The position numbers were made by a program, and so were the translations under genes. From assembly GCF_006345805.1 (NCBI RefSeq), contig NC_043007.1, positions 16,616,001 through 16,680,000 of the forward strand: a DNA stretch of 64,000 nt, written 5' to 3'. Shown here piece after piece: positions 38,360-51,289 of the stretch. Below the pieces are notes generated by a model. That model saw only the letters and a program-made list of their open reading frames with translations, searched no databases and had not been told where the DNA came from. Source of the stretch: Octopus sinensis. Taxonomy: Eukaryota. Numbering within the stretch: the first letter of the stretch is position 1; the number at the start of each line of letters is the position of its first letter.

Positions 38360-38588
38360 TTAACCCCTTCGATACCGACCTGCATGAAACTGCCCTCGAT
38401 TCTGTGAGACAAATTCCTTGTTTTAAAGTGATCAAAAGTAAACCCTTCCATTAAAATTTTGTGTTAATTTATGTTCAAACAACAGCTTAATAACGACAAA
38501 GCTATTTTACAAAATTCCTCAATATTTTCGAAATTAGATGAAACAAAGATTGCGTATTTCAACCAAAATATGGTATTAAAAGAGTTAA
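38360..38588 (+). mobile_element. TTAA-flanked piggyBac-type MITE family C
   Basis: TTAA-CCCCTTCGATACC ... GGTATTAAAAGAG-TTAA imperfect TIR. Confidence 0.6.
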
Positions 38589-39026
38589 AGATGACTCTAC
38601 GTTGTTTACTGTGTTTTAATCTCGTCCTATCTCAAAGAAGTAGAATGGATGGTCCAATTGATTATTTTACTGTTTAGTCTTTGATATTGTTTGTTCCTCA
38701 TTTTCTAATCTATTTCTAATTAACTTTTTAATGCAATACATTTTTCATTGTTATTTTATCTAGAGATTCTATACCATTTGCTCATTCCCCTAAAAAATTT
38801 AAAAAAAAGGCAGTCAAATCTTCCTCTAACCATTATTTTGAATCACAAAAGGATACTTTATGCTTTATAGTAATGGCATGATGCCTTATTCAAAAATCAT
38901 TTGCGAAACCTTTAACAGATATAACAATAAAAATGTAATTAATTGCCTTTTCTGACTATCAGATGCGGCAGAAAAGGTTGACTGTCTTCTTTACTGTCTT
39001 ACCAGAGATTGTTTGTTTCATTTTAG

Positions 39027-39125
39027 GATGCCATGGCAAGGTCAGACGGACAACATGATTGATCGTTTTGATGTTCGAGCTCATCTTGATTTCATCCCTG
39101 AGTATAAGTCAGCTCCTCCCCTACC
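39027..39125 (+). CDS. CLASRP: CLASRP coding exon 3 (MPWQGQTDNMIDRFDVRAHLDFIPEYKSAPPL-P), phase 2/2
   Basis: ttttag|G acceptor, CC|gtaagt donor. Contains the SWAP/CLASRP N-terminal motif IDRFDVRAHLD. Confidence 0.96.
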
Positions 39126-39147
39126 GTAAGTAAATCAATCAATACAT

Positions 39148-39191
<44 letters not shown>

Positions 39192-39395
39192 ATTTGACTT
39201 CTTTCTGTTTTTTTCTCAATTTTTTATTCTTATTATTTTGTGGCTATATGGTAAGAAGCTTGCTTCCCAACCATATGGTTTTGGGTTCAGTCCTACTAAG
39301 TTGCACCTTGGACAAGTGTCTTCTACTAAAGCCCTGGGCCAACCAAAGCCTGGTGAGCAGATCTGGCCAACAGAAATTGAAAGGGACCCATTGTA

Positions 39396-39428
<33 letters not shown>

Positions 39429-39881
39429 TTATATATATATATAATATATATATATTACTCTTTTGCATGTTTCAGTCATTTGACTGCAGCCATGCTGGAG
39501 CACCATGTTAAATGGTTTTAGTCAAAGAAATCGACCCCAGGACTTATTCTTTGTAAGCCTAGTACTTATTCTATCAGTCGCTTTTGCAGAATTGCTAAGT
39601 TACGGGGACATAACACACCAACATCAGTTGGTCAAGTGATGGTGAAAGGACAAAGACACATACTTAGAAATATACATACATATATATATGTGTGTGTATA
39701 TATATATATATATATAAACACGATGGGCTTCTTTCAGTTTCCGTCTACCAAATCCACTCACAAGGCTTTAGTCAGCGTGAGGCTATTGTAGAAGACACTT
39801 ACCCAAGGTGCCATGCAATGGAACTGAACCTGAAATCACGTGGTTTGGAAGCAAGTTTCTTACCACACAGCCACGCCTGCA

Positions 39882-39920
<39 letters not shown>

Positions 39921-40364
39921 TTATACCTTTGTGTATGTGTTTGTCCCCCACCACTGCCTGACAATCAGTGTTGGTTTATTTCTGTCCCTATGAATTAGTA
40001 GTCTGTCAAAAAGCGAATGATAGAATAAGTACCAGGTTTTACAATAAAAAAAAAGAACTGGGATTGATTTGTTCAACTAAGCCCTTCAAGGGCAGTGCCC
40101 AGCATGGCCACAGTCTAAAACTTAAAACAAGTAAAAGATAAAGATATGATATGTTTTTCCTCTTGTTTGTACATACTGGCTGAAAGAAGTATGTTTTGTC
40201 TCTGGACAAACTTTATTTTCATAGCTATGGAAAATGGTTTCATATATCATTAAAAGATGAGCAAACTTCACAGTTGTAATTTTTCATGTGAAGGTTTGAA
40301 CTGTGCAATAATAGAAGGGGCTTAGTTGTTTCAATAGGATGTACAGTGTCTTCATTGTTGGTAG

Positions 40365-40750
40365 TTACTTACCTAAGCCCTCTACTCCTTATGGAGCACA
40401 AGCCAGTTACAACTTTCCTCCACTGTTCTTGACTCTGGGCTGCCTCCTGGTGGTCAGGAGATTCAGCCTTGTAGCTTCCTTTCAGATTTTGCTGCACTTT
40501 GTCCCTGAGGGAAGGTCTTGTTGGATTTGAATTGTCATTGATTTTTTTGGATTTTTTCCCCCCTTAGTAGACATGTTAACCCTATGTAAGCTTGTTTTTT
40601 TTTTTTTTTTTACTTATGGCAAAAAGCATTCCTTATTTGTCCATGATTCTTTGGCCTATCAAACACGAGAGGGCCCCACTTGGGACTCATGCTCTGCTGG
40701 ATGGCTCTCAGTCATTGCAGCACAAAAAGCCACTACACTACAACAAAGAC
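40365..40750 (-). mobile_element. Non-autonomous RTE derivative (RTE 5' head joined to RTE 3' end). Related copy at ~48730-49080(-)
   Basis: Minus strand 3' part encodes EAAQSQEQWRKVVTGLCSIRSRGLR* followed by GTAAGTAA. The 5' part resembles the RTE 5'UTR (GTGCxxCAATGAC..GAGC). Confidence 0.6.
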
Positions 40751-41534
40751 TGGATCTTGGATCTTGTGGTGGTCCATTGCTGGTAGTGAAGAATATAAAC
40801 ACTCATATTTCCATTTAAATACTTTCATTCTTTCAACAGTTGTTGACAGTTCATTAACATAATTACAGTTTCTTTCAGTTTATGTTTACATTTTGAAGAC
40901 GACAGCATTCATCTGTTATCCTTATTGATTGATTATTAATTTGATCTCCGCATTAAATAAAATAGTGTTTCTAATGATGGAAACATTTATTTTCCAATTA
41001 AAATTTTTAAAGAACAGAAGTATTTATGTTCATGCTCAGATTACAAAACTATTTGCATTTTTCAATAATAGAAATATTAAATTTTGGCATCCCATATTAA
41101 AGTTGGTGGCTGTCGTTTTAAAGGGTACACATATGCCTGTTGTACTGAATATTTAATATTTTATAACCATCATTTAAAAGTAACATTATTATTGTAATTT
41201 TTAACTCTTTATTATGCTGACCTAGCTGATAAACTTTCTGGTCTAGTGCCCTCTGTCAAGACCTTTAAATATGTCGTGTACGTCTCTTCTCAGGCACATC
41301 ATTTTTTCTGTTGAGTTTCCTGTTAGTCATAAGTTCTTTTTTATTCTGGTAGCTTCTTTCCTCACTTGAGCTGCTGTGCTCTAGAAATCACAGTCATTGT
41401 CTGACTTTTGATATTCAGCCCTGTAAGCGTTTTGTCAATGGGCATCTTCAGAATTTGTAGGCTCCTTTTTTTCCCTTCTTTGTAGTCCATTGCACTACTG
41501 TAGCTTCAAGCTTAGTTTAGAGCAAAATTCATCT

Positions 41535-42050
41535 CATCATCATCATCGTTTAACGTCTGCTTTCCATGCTAGCATGGGTTGGACGTATGACTGAGGGCTG
41601 ACGAACCAGATGGCTGCACCAGGCTCCAATCTTGATCTGGCAGAGTTTCTACAGCTGGATGCCCTTCCTAATGCCAACCACTCCGAGAGTGTAGTGGGTG
41701 CTTTTACGTGCCAGTCAGGCGGCAATGGTAACGACCTCGCTCGAATCTTTTACACATGCCACTGGCGCGAGTGCCAGTAAGGTGATGCTGGTAATGATCA
41801 CGCTCAAATGGTGTTTTTTACATGCCACCAGCACGGAGGCCAGATAGCCGCTCTGGCAACGATCACGCTCAGATGGTGCTCTTAATACCCTACTAGCACG
41901 GGGCTCGAGTGCCAGTAGTGTGACGCTGGTAACGACCACGCTTGAATGGTGCCTTTTAAGTGTCACTGGCACGGAAGCCGGTTAGCCGCTCTGTCAATGA
42001 TCACACTCGTATGGTGCTCTTTGCACTCCGCTAGCACGAACGCCATGCAT
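41535..42050 (-). mobile_element. (GAT)n-tailed element with 5' array of diverged ~55-65 bp repeats
   Basis: Repeated GCCAGT/GGCAC...GTAAAAAGCACC-type units on the minus strand. Confidence 0.8.
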
Positions 42051-42973
42051 CAAATTTGATTTTGGTTTTTTATTTCACTTGCCTCAGCAGGTCTTCGCAA
42101 GCAGAGTTTTAGTGTCCAAAGAAGGAAAAGGTACGCATAAGTGGGCTGGTAACGCCCCTGAAACAATGCCATTCTGAATACGGCAACACACTAGACTGCA
42201 AAAAAGATTAACATTTGGTTCTTGTGTGTCATGCGCACCCCTAATATTTATATATAAATAGCTGGGGGAAAAAAAAAAAGCTGCCTATTTTACATGGATA
42301 AATACAGAACTCAGATTGGAATAGTAATAATAATATGAATGTGTGAAATAACATTTGCAGTGTAAACCTAGAAGCTGTAGGTTCGCAAAACCTGTTAGCT
42401 ATGTCACAGTGGAAGTACATGTTCCACTTGAGTGACTGTACATTTGCAGTAAGGTGGCATTAGAGTGTATTGTTTAATCAGACAACTATTAACAAAAGAA
42501 ACATTAGTCAACTTGGCAGGCCTTTACATAGTCATTTGATCTGCTAGATATAGGAGTCAAGTTTCTGTCAAATCTTTATGTTACTGCAATTTTCAACCCT
42601 TTTCAATCTGCAGACACATTGTAAGGTACTAAAAGTGTTATTACATGCTATTAGCTTCTAAAAAATTTTATCACACGCATGTGTGTGTGTGTGTACACGC
42701 ACACACATACACGCATACAAACATGCGCACACTCAAACACACACAGAGTATTAAAATCATTGTGAAATAAAAGTGGGTGTGTATGCAGAACATTAGAAAA
42801 TGATAATGTGCAACTTGCACGTGTGTAAATTTTGATTGCACTCACAAACTGCATGAAACAGGTGTAGAAGTGAAATGCAAAGCTTTTTTTAGCAATATTG
42901 GTGTAGGTGTAGTGCACCAGGTGCATTCGTTTGGGTTAAAAATACAATAACTAAAATTCTAATCATTTTCTAG

Positions 42974-43049
<76 letters not shown>

Positions 43050-43099
43050 ATATATATACACATATATATAACAAAGCAGTTATATAAATATATGAATCA

Positions 43100-43328
43100 A
43101 GGCGGTGAGCTGGCAGAAATGTTAGCGTGATGGTCGAAATGCTTAGCGATGTTTCATCTGCTGTTACGTTCTGAGTTCGAATTCCACCCAGGTCGACTTT
43201 ACCTTTCATCCTTTCGGGGTCGATAAATTAAGTACCAGTTATGCACTGGGTCGATGTAATCGACTTAATCCCTTTGTCTGTCCTTGTTTGTCCCCTCTAT
43301 GTTTAGCCCCTTGTGGGCAATAAAGAAA
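43100..43328 (+). mobile_element. Young full-length monomeric tRNA-SINE with 17-bp TSD
   Basis: TATAAATATATGAATCA at 43083-43099 and 43329-43345. Confidence 0.92.
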
Positions 43329-44986
43329 TATAAATATATGAATCATTTATAACAAATCATTTAAACAAAGTGGTTACAGTGTCATCATTTAACATCCAGT
43401 TTTCCCTGCTTGCATGGGTTAGATGTATTTTGTTGAAGCAGATTTTCTATGGCCAGATGCCTTTCCTGTCACCAACACTTACCTGTTTCCAAGCTAAGTA
43501 ATATTTCCCCCATTGTCAGATATGTTTTTCACAGAAGACTGGAAATGAACAACTTGGCTTTCATGACAATGATGCTCATTTACAATCATCATGTGATGCC
43601 TAGATGAGGGCATACACATACACTATAACAGGCTTCTTTCAGTTTCCATCTGCCAAATCTACTCACATACTAATATTTTCTGAAAACTACGTCTGATATT
43701 GGTTTCAAATTTTGGCACAAGGCCAACAATTTCAAGGAAGGGACTAAGTCAATTAAATTGACCGCAATGCTCAACTGGTACTTATTTTATCGACCTCGAA
43801 AGGGTGAAAGCAAAGCCAACCCCTGTGGCATTTGAACCTAGAATGTAAAGATGGACAAAATGTCAATAAGCATTTTGGCCAATTGCTAATGATTCTGCCG
43901 GCTCATCTCCTTAAACTACTTCTAATAGTAATAGGAAACTTGTATCTGTTGGTGTCATATGATGTCTGTAGGACAAGATTGGATGGTTGGAAAACAACCT
44001 TTAGTTATTGCTTTGTGTTTGAAGCCATGACCTATATTTTCTGTACTCATGAAGTTGAAAAAGGAAGGAGTGCTCTGAGTACTTGCATGTTGATTATCAA
44101 GTATTCCTGTTGGTGACATAACCTCAACAAGTTGATCAATGCTGTAGTTTTAGTCCTTTGTCATTTTTGGTTTTCACCAACTCGACTTTTGATTCCCAAA
44201 CATTTCATATAAATGTATCCCTCATTTTATCCAAGGAAGATGAATTATGTAAAGGAAAATACTTTTCAATGTTCTTATTAGCCAGTGACAAGCTTAAACA
44301 GAATTAATTCAACAAGATTATCCTTCAGTTTGCAAGATTTAATCAGTTCAAATATTTCAACTTTGTTCTCTCTTTATATTTTGGCTCTCTGCAATGTTTG
44401 TCTCCCGCTTCCTCCCTTAAGAGCTAAGGTGCAAGAATAATTTTTTTTCTAATTTACATATTCTTGTGAAGTGCATTCAATGCTTAGAAAATATCGGCAA
44501 AGACTGCAAATTCATTACAGCATATCTAATCACTCAGCAAGTCAGCTACTTCCTCATGAAATAACCATCTTGCTTCTATGTATTATAGAAGCTGTGAGTG
44601 AGCAGCTACCTTGGAAGAACTGAGTGAAGAAAACAGCCTTAATTTTAATGGCTTCCTCTTCATGTAATTAATCATTCTGTCAGCGTTGTGTGGTATTTTT
44701 TTTTAAAGTTCATCGGGTTAATGATTTTGACATGAGGGCTTCTTTGGGGAAGCAATTACAAGGTTCTTCTTAACCTTTCCATCAGAGAAGTACCACTATA
44801 TGTCTAAAAGCTGATGCATCCTTTCCAAGATAAGAAAAGAGAAATCACTTAACAGCAGCAAAATATCTTTACTTTTGTCGTGTCTGGGAGAAACTTACAA
44901 AGTAAAAATCGTTCCATGCCTAGGTGCAGAAATGCAGAAATATTTGTTTCCTTGTCTTGACATTATGTAATTGTTGTAAATGAACC

Positions 44987-45426
44987 TCTGTGCCGGTGGC
45001 ACGTAAAAAGCACCATCCGAATGTGGCCGATGCCAGCACCGCCTTGACTGGCTTCCGTGCCGGTGGCACGTAAAAAGCACCATCCGAACGTGGCCGATGC
45101 CAGCACCACCTCGACTGGCTTCCATGCCGGTGGCACGTAATAAGCACCATCCGAACGTGGCCAATGCCAGCACCACCTTGACTTGCTTCCGTGCCGGTGG
45201 CACGTAAAAAGCACCAACCAATCGTGGCCGCTGCCAGCCTTGCCTGGCACATAAAAAGCACCCACTACACTCATGGAGTGGTTGGCGTTAGGAAGGGCAT
45301 CCAGCTGTAGAAACACTGCCAGATCAGATTGGAGCCTGGTGCAGCCTCCTGGCTTCCCAGACCCTGGTTGAACCGTCCAAGCCATGCTAGCATGGAAACG
45401 GATGTTAAATGATGATGATGATGATG
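44987..45426 (+). mobile_element. (GAT)n-tailed element with ~62 bp tandem repeats at its 5' end
   Basis: GTGCCGGTGGCACGTAAAAAGCACC-type unit recurs four times, plus a final degenerate unit, before the standard core. Confidence 0.88.
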
Positions 45427-46309
45427 AATGTTATTCATTTCTGATGTTCTGTGAAAACATATCTGGCCATGGGGGAGATATTACCTTGCTTGAAAATGGA
45501 TAAGAGTTGGCAACAGTAAGAGTATGCAGCCATAGAAAATCTGTCTCAAATTCTGTCTGACCCATGCAAACATGGAAAAGTATTAAAACGATGAAGTCTC
45601 TATTACAAACAAATCTGCTGTAGGCTAAGAGCTGAACTTTTTCAATTATTTCAGTTGAGTCATCCGAGTAGAAAGAAAAATGAAAAAAAAAAAATTAATG
45701 CTAGATGCTGTCTATCACTTGGGACTTGTAGCACATCAAATCTCTTGGGAACTGACCCCACCCAAATGCCTATATGCAGATGGGGCATTGTTTAGCCTGC
45801 AACTCCGTATTTGGTAATAAAATAATTGCAAGTACTAACTGCATATAACAAACAAGTAGATAGGCTTATTGACATTTTATACAATATTTTGTCTCACTTG
45901 TGAGAAGCAGTCATCAAATATCAAAGACCTACTACTGCCCATTAGATTTATGCACAAAACATATATATATAGAACTTTCTAGAAGATGCTTTCATTTTGA
46001 CTTTTTACTAGAGATCATCTTGTGTATGGTTTGAGATTCTACCTTACATCAGCTGTTGGCAAAGACAACTCTCCATTCCGTTTCTTTTACATACACTCAG
46101 TTGGAGACAACAACCAAAATATATGAAGTAGACATGGCTATGTAGTTAAGCAATTTGCTTCCCAACCACATCGTTCTGGGCTCAAGTCTCACTGTGTGGC
46201 ACTTTGAGCAAGTATCTTCTGTAGCCTCAAGCTGACTAAAGTCTTAAGTGTGGAGTTGATCGATAGAAACTGAAAAAAGCCTGTTGTATATGTATATACA
46301 ATATTATAT

Positions 46310-46569
46310 ACATAGTGAAACTATTATCTCACATTACAATAGAGAAGTTATTGTTTCACTTTTGACACGTAATACCAGAACAGTCTAAGAGATTGCTCTG
46401 GGCTCGCATTAGGTAAGAAGTTGAAAACTTTTTGGCCCATGTCTCCCCATGGACCCTAAGTAGTGTATATGTAAAATTTGAATGAAATCAGTTGGGTAAT
46501 TCTTGAGTTTTAATGATGCACACATACAGACAGATAGACACATTCTCAGTTTTATATATATATATAGAT
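46310..46569 (-). mobile_element. Possible older Helitron-like element
   Basis: Right end ACAGACAGATAGACACATTCTCAGTTTTATATATATATATAGAT parallels the end of the 20336 Helitron. The 3' hairpin/CTAG end is not clear. Confidence 0.4.
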
Positions 46570-46853
46570 AGATAATGTGCACTTGGATATACTCAGCAAG
46601 CCTATTTGGGTCAATGAAGTCCCAGAATCCATAACATACCTTGTGTAATAATGGTGCATTGACTTTTCAGTGCTTCTTCATTGTTACCTCCAATATTTCA
46701 CATTGAAAGTAAAGGAATGAGAAGAAAAAAAAAATTATATCTAAAATATATAGGTAATCTTTATGATGTATGAACATATAATTGTATGACACCAGAAGTG
46801 AAACAAACTGTATGGGAAGATCATATATATATATATATATATATAAATATTTA

Positions 46854-46930
<77 letters not shown>

Positions 46931-49900
46931 AGGTCATTGCCAGTTACCGCCTGACTAGCCCCCATGCCAGTGGCACATAAAAAGCACCCACTACACTCGC
47001 GGAGTGGTTGGCATTAGGAAGGGCATTGAGCTGTAGAAACTCTGCCAGATCAAGATTGGAGCCTGGTGCAGCCATCTGGTTCGCCAGCCCTCAGTCAAAA
47101 TCGTCCAACCCATGCTAGCATGGAAAGCGGACGTTAAACGATGATGATGATATATATTTGGTGTGAAACAAATATTTCACACCAGCCATTATCCTTTTGG
47201 TATTTAACCCATTGGCATTCAGACCTTTCTTTCAAACGTAATGCTTATTCATTCACATTGTTTTAAATTAGTCTTGCATCATCTCGTAGCTTTGGGATTT
47301 AAAGGATGTAATTGTTTTTAGAATGACATCATACGACAGGTGCGAGAGACCAGATCCGGCTGATTTGAGCATAAAATAGGCAAAATATTTGGGCTGGATA
47401 TGGCTGGTTCAAATGCTAAACTGTTAAACCAGCCATATGCAGGCCACATAATCTGTTTTGTGTTTAAACTAGCCAGATCTGGCCTCTCACACTTACTCGA
47501 CAATGTTATTCTAAAAATAAGCAATTATCATCATCATCATCATTTAACGTCCGTTTTCCATGCTAGCATGGGTTGGACAGTCCGACCAGGGTCTGAGAAG
47601 CCAGGAGGTTGCACCAGGCTCCAGTTTGATCTGGCAGTGTTTCTAAAGCTGGATGCCCTTCCTAATGCCAACCACTCCGTGAGTGTAGTGGGTGCTTTTT
47701 ACGTGCCACTGGCACGTCAAAATTATATCATCAAAATCTCAAAGCTAATAGATAATGTAAGATTAACTAAAAATTGAATAAGTATTGCAGTCGACAGTAA
47801 TCTGACTGCTAAAGGGTACTGCATTAGACATTATTTATCCTTTGTAATTATTACGTATCAGTTTGTAAAGTTGAAAAAAGAAAGAAAGAAAAAGAGATCA
47901 AATGCATTTTACACAAAAATCAAATTTTAAAGTTATCATTCTCTGATATCAAGTGTCATTCAGTTGTATTTTGTTACCAATTGCTGTTTACCAGACTTCA
48001 AATTTTGGCTGAACTTCCTATTTCATAAATAAACAATGTTATGCAGAAAAAATAAATTTCAGTTTCACTTTGTTAACTGATGTTTTATATCTAGAATCTC
48101 TAATGGTTGCTTCCACCTTCTCTTTCTCGGTTGTTTACTAAAAGCTTTGAATTTTTCGTTTTTTGTATTTGGTTTGCGAGATTCTTGATATGAACTCGTG
48201 TGTTGAAACAGGTCTTGTTTCTGGGAAGAGTTATTTATACCCAATAATATAACACACAGTGATACTGGTTGTGTTTCATTCTAGACTTGGTGTAGAGAGG
48301 AAATGTCATTGATGAGGTCTTGAATGGCACCAAAAGGGCTTTGACAAAGCAGCTGATTCATTAGTTGCTTGGTTAAGCAACTTACAAATAAAAACAAAGA
48401 AGTGAAATAGAACCAGTGCATGTGTTTTACTGGCATATCGATCCTCTTGAGATACAAAATTACTAAAATCTCTCTTAATTTCTAACTGATTTGAGTTACG
48501 TGAATTGAGTTCACATGATTGCTGATGATTGAGGCCAAATTAAGAAAGTCACAGTTATTTTAGGAATAGACAAAAGCCATGAAACAATTAATTCACTGAC
48601 GAAAACATTTCAACAATCTCAACAGCAGTTGATTCTAAACTCACCATTCAGGTTTTCTAAATTTTCTGGCATTTTCTGACTTGCTTCTAAAACACCCAGT
48701 ACACACTGCCAATCATATATGACACATATTAAGTTACTTAAGCTTTTTTGCTCCCTATGAAGCCAAGGCCATTCATGGCATCTCTCCACTGATCTCAATT
48801 TTGGGTTGTAATATCTCTGGAAGCCCCAAATATTCTTCTAATTAGCCTTCTCCCACTCTTGTTGGTTTTGAATTGTCATTGATACTTCTGTAACTTGACT
48901 TGTAACTTTGCCTTTTCCTAGGTAGGTGTATCAGCCTTCTGCAAAACCATTTCTACCTCTTGGAAGAGGCAGACTGTATTAATCTGGCCTCTATCCTTTT
49001 GGCCTATTCAGTGTGGGAGATCTTAACAGGAACATGCAGAGTTCCTAGGGTCATCAAGGCACATGAACCACCACACTATTGTTATTCCTGAGATACTACA
49101 TAAAAATTGCAGGTTCTTAACATGACTCAACAAGCACTGCTCCTGTTTCTGAAATACTGCTATGCATGATGGCATCCTAGTTTCCATCTAGCATCTGGTC
49201 CACAGGCATGCTACCTTTTTCTTTCACTACTATGAATTTCTCTATTCCTCAGAACTGGCTGAATCTTGTACTTCCTACTTTCAAAAACTCCTAACCCTTA
49301 TTCCCTGCCACCAACCCTGCACTAACCTCTCCAGAACATCAGCCCACTTGGGATCTCCCTGCTCATTTTTCTGTGTGTTGACTTGCTTCTCAGTCACATG
49401 GTTTTGGAATTAGTCCCATTGTGCAACATCTAGGGCAAGTGTCTTCTATAACTCTGCTGACTAATGCCTTGTGAATGACTTCGGTTGACAGAAACTTTGT
49501 GGAGTTCAAAATCTTTTCGGGGTTGATAAATTAAGTACCAGTTACGCACTGGGGTCTATGTAATCGACTTAATCCCTTTGTCTCTCCTTGTTTGTCCCCT
49601 CTTTGTTTAGCCCCTTGTGGGCAATAAAGAGATAAGAAATAAGAAACTGTGTGCTGTTCAAATTTCATCGAGGTCGACTTTGCCTTTCATCCTTTCGGGG
49701 TTGATAAATTAAGTACCAGTTACGCACTGGGGTCTATGTAATTGACTTAATCCCTTTGTTTGTCCCCTCTATGTTTAGCCCCTTGTGAGCAATAAAGAGA
49801 TAAGAAATAAGAAACTGTGTGGAAACCTGCCACGTGTGTGGTGTCCCCATCATCTGACAACTGGTGTTGGTTTGTTTACATCGCTATAACTTTGCAATTC

Positions 49901-51206
49901 TGTAAAATATACCAATAGAATAAGTACTAGACTTTAAAAAAATAAATAAATATACCGGCTTTGATTTGTTCATTTAAAACCCTTCGGGGCAGTACCCCAG
50001 CATAGCTCCTGTCCAATGACTGAAACAGGTGGAAAAAAAAAAAGATTTTGAAAAATTCATAGATCTGATAATATACAATGGTGCCATTCTATCAATTGCT
50101 CTATGATGGATTGGCAGAGTCATTAAAGCATTGGACACAATAATTTGCTGTGTTTGTTCTGACCCTTTGTTTTGAGTTCAGATTCCACCAAGATTCACTT
50201 AGCCTTTCATCCGTCTCGGTTTGATAAAATAGAGAGCAGGAGTTGATTGGATTGACTAACCTCTCCTCCTCAGTTTTTTGGCTTTGTGTCCTATGTTAGA
50301 GACAATTGTTTATAATAGAAATAGGCAGTGTAACATCTGTCGTTGTAAGTCTTAAATGATTGTTAAGAGATCCTGTGACTTTGAAACATTGGTTTTGAAT
50401 AGAAGTCGCAAAATAAACTTCTGGAAATAACAAAAGTAAATAGAGTAGTTGTATACTGTCGGCTTAATGTGACAGTCCCATGAAGGGATCACACCACTGC
50501 TATTTAGCCCTCGGAAGCATCAACGCTTCCTGTCGGCCTTGACACATTTCCTATGTCCTTATGTTTACAAGGGGGAGACAAGCACCACCACCCATAATAA
50601 TAATAATAATAATTAAAAGAGGAAAACAAGTAATGATAATTAAAGAGAAAAATAAATGAAATAAACATACGCAGGAGTGGCTGTGTGGTAAGTAGCTTGT
50701 CTACCAACCACATGGTTCCGGGTTCAGTCCCACTGCATGGCACCTTGGGCAAGTGTCTTCTACTATAGCCTCGGGCCGACCAAAGCCTTGTGAGTGGATT
50801 TGGTAGACGGAAACTGAAAGAAGCCTGTCATATATATGTATATATATATATATGTGCGTTTGTGTGTCTGTGTTTGTCCCCCTAGCATTGCTTGACAACC
50901 AATGCTGGTGTGTTTATGTCCCCATTACTTAGCGGTTTGGCAAAAGAGACCAATAGAATAAGTACTGGGCTTACAAAAGAATAAGTCCCGGGGTCGAGTT
51001 GCTCGATTAAAGGCGGTGCTCCAGCATGGCCAGTCAAATGACTGAAACAAGTAAAAAAACAAAAACACACACTCACACAAACTCATGATCAGTTATATTT
51101 CCAATCAAACATGTCTGGAGGAAGAGAAAAAAAAAAACGGATCTTCCTTTATACCGCACATCTATCTACACACTGCTTTTCTTACATTTCATTTTCTTTT
51201 ATTTAG

Positions 51207-51289
51207 AATGACTAAAGAGGAAGAGGAAGAAGAAAGGAAATGTTCTTATGAAAGATACAGAACTTTGGTAGAAAATGAATGTGCTGGTT
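51207..51289 (+). CDS. CLASRP: CLASRP coding exon 4 (MTKEEEEEERKCSYERYRTLVENECAG-L), phase 2/1
   Basis: atttag|A acceptor, T|gtaagt donor. ERKCSYERYR matches human ERKCNYERYR. Confidence 0.95.

Noticed and set aside
38879-38955. C/D snoRNA-like ATGATGC...CTGA about 70 nt upstream of exon 3
   Set aside because: No properly spaced terminal stem, no recognisable rRNA or snRNA guide, and such boxes are frequent in AT-rich DNA.
44895-45385. Three overlapping 108-140 aa repetitive ORFs
   Set aside because: By-products of the ~62 bp tandem repeats in a retroelement. No homology to a real protein.
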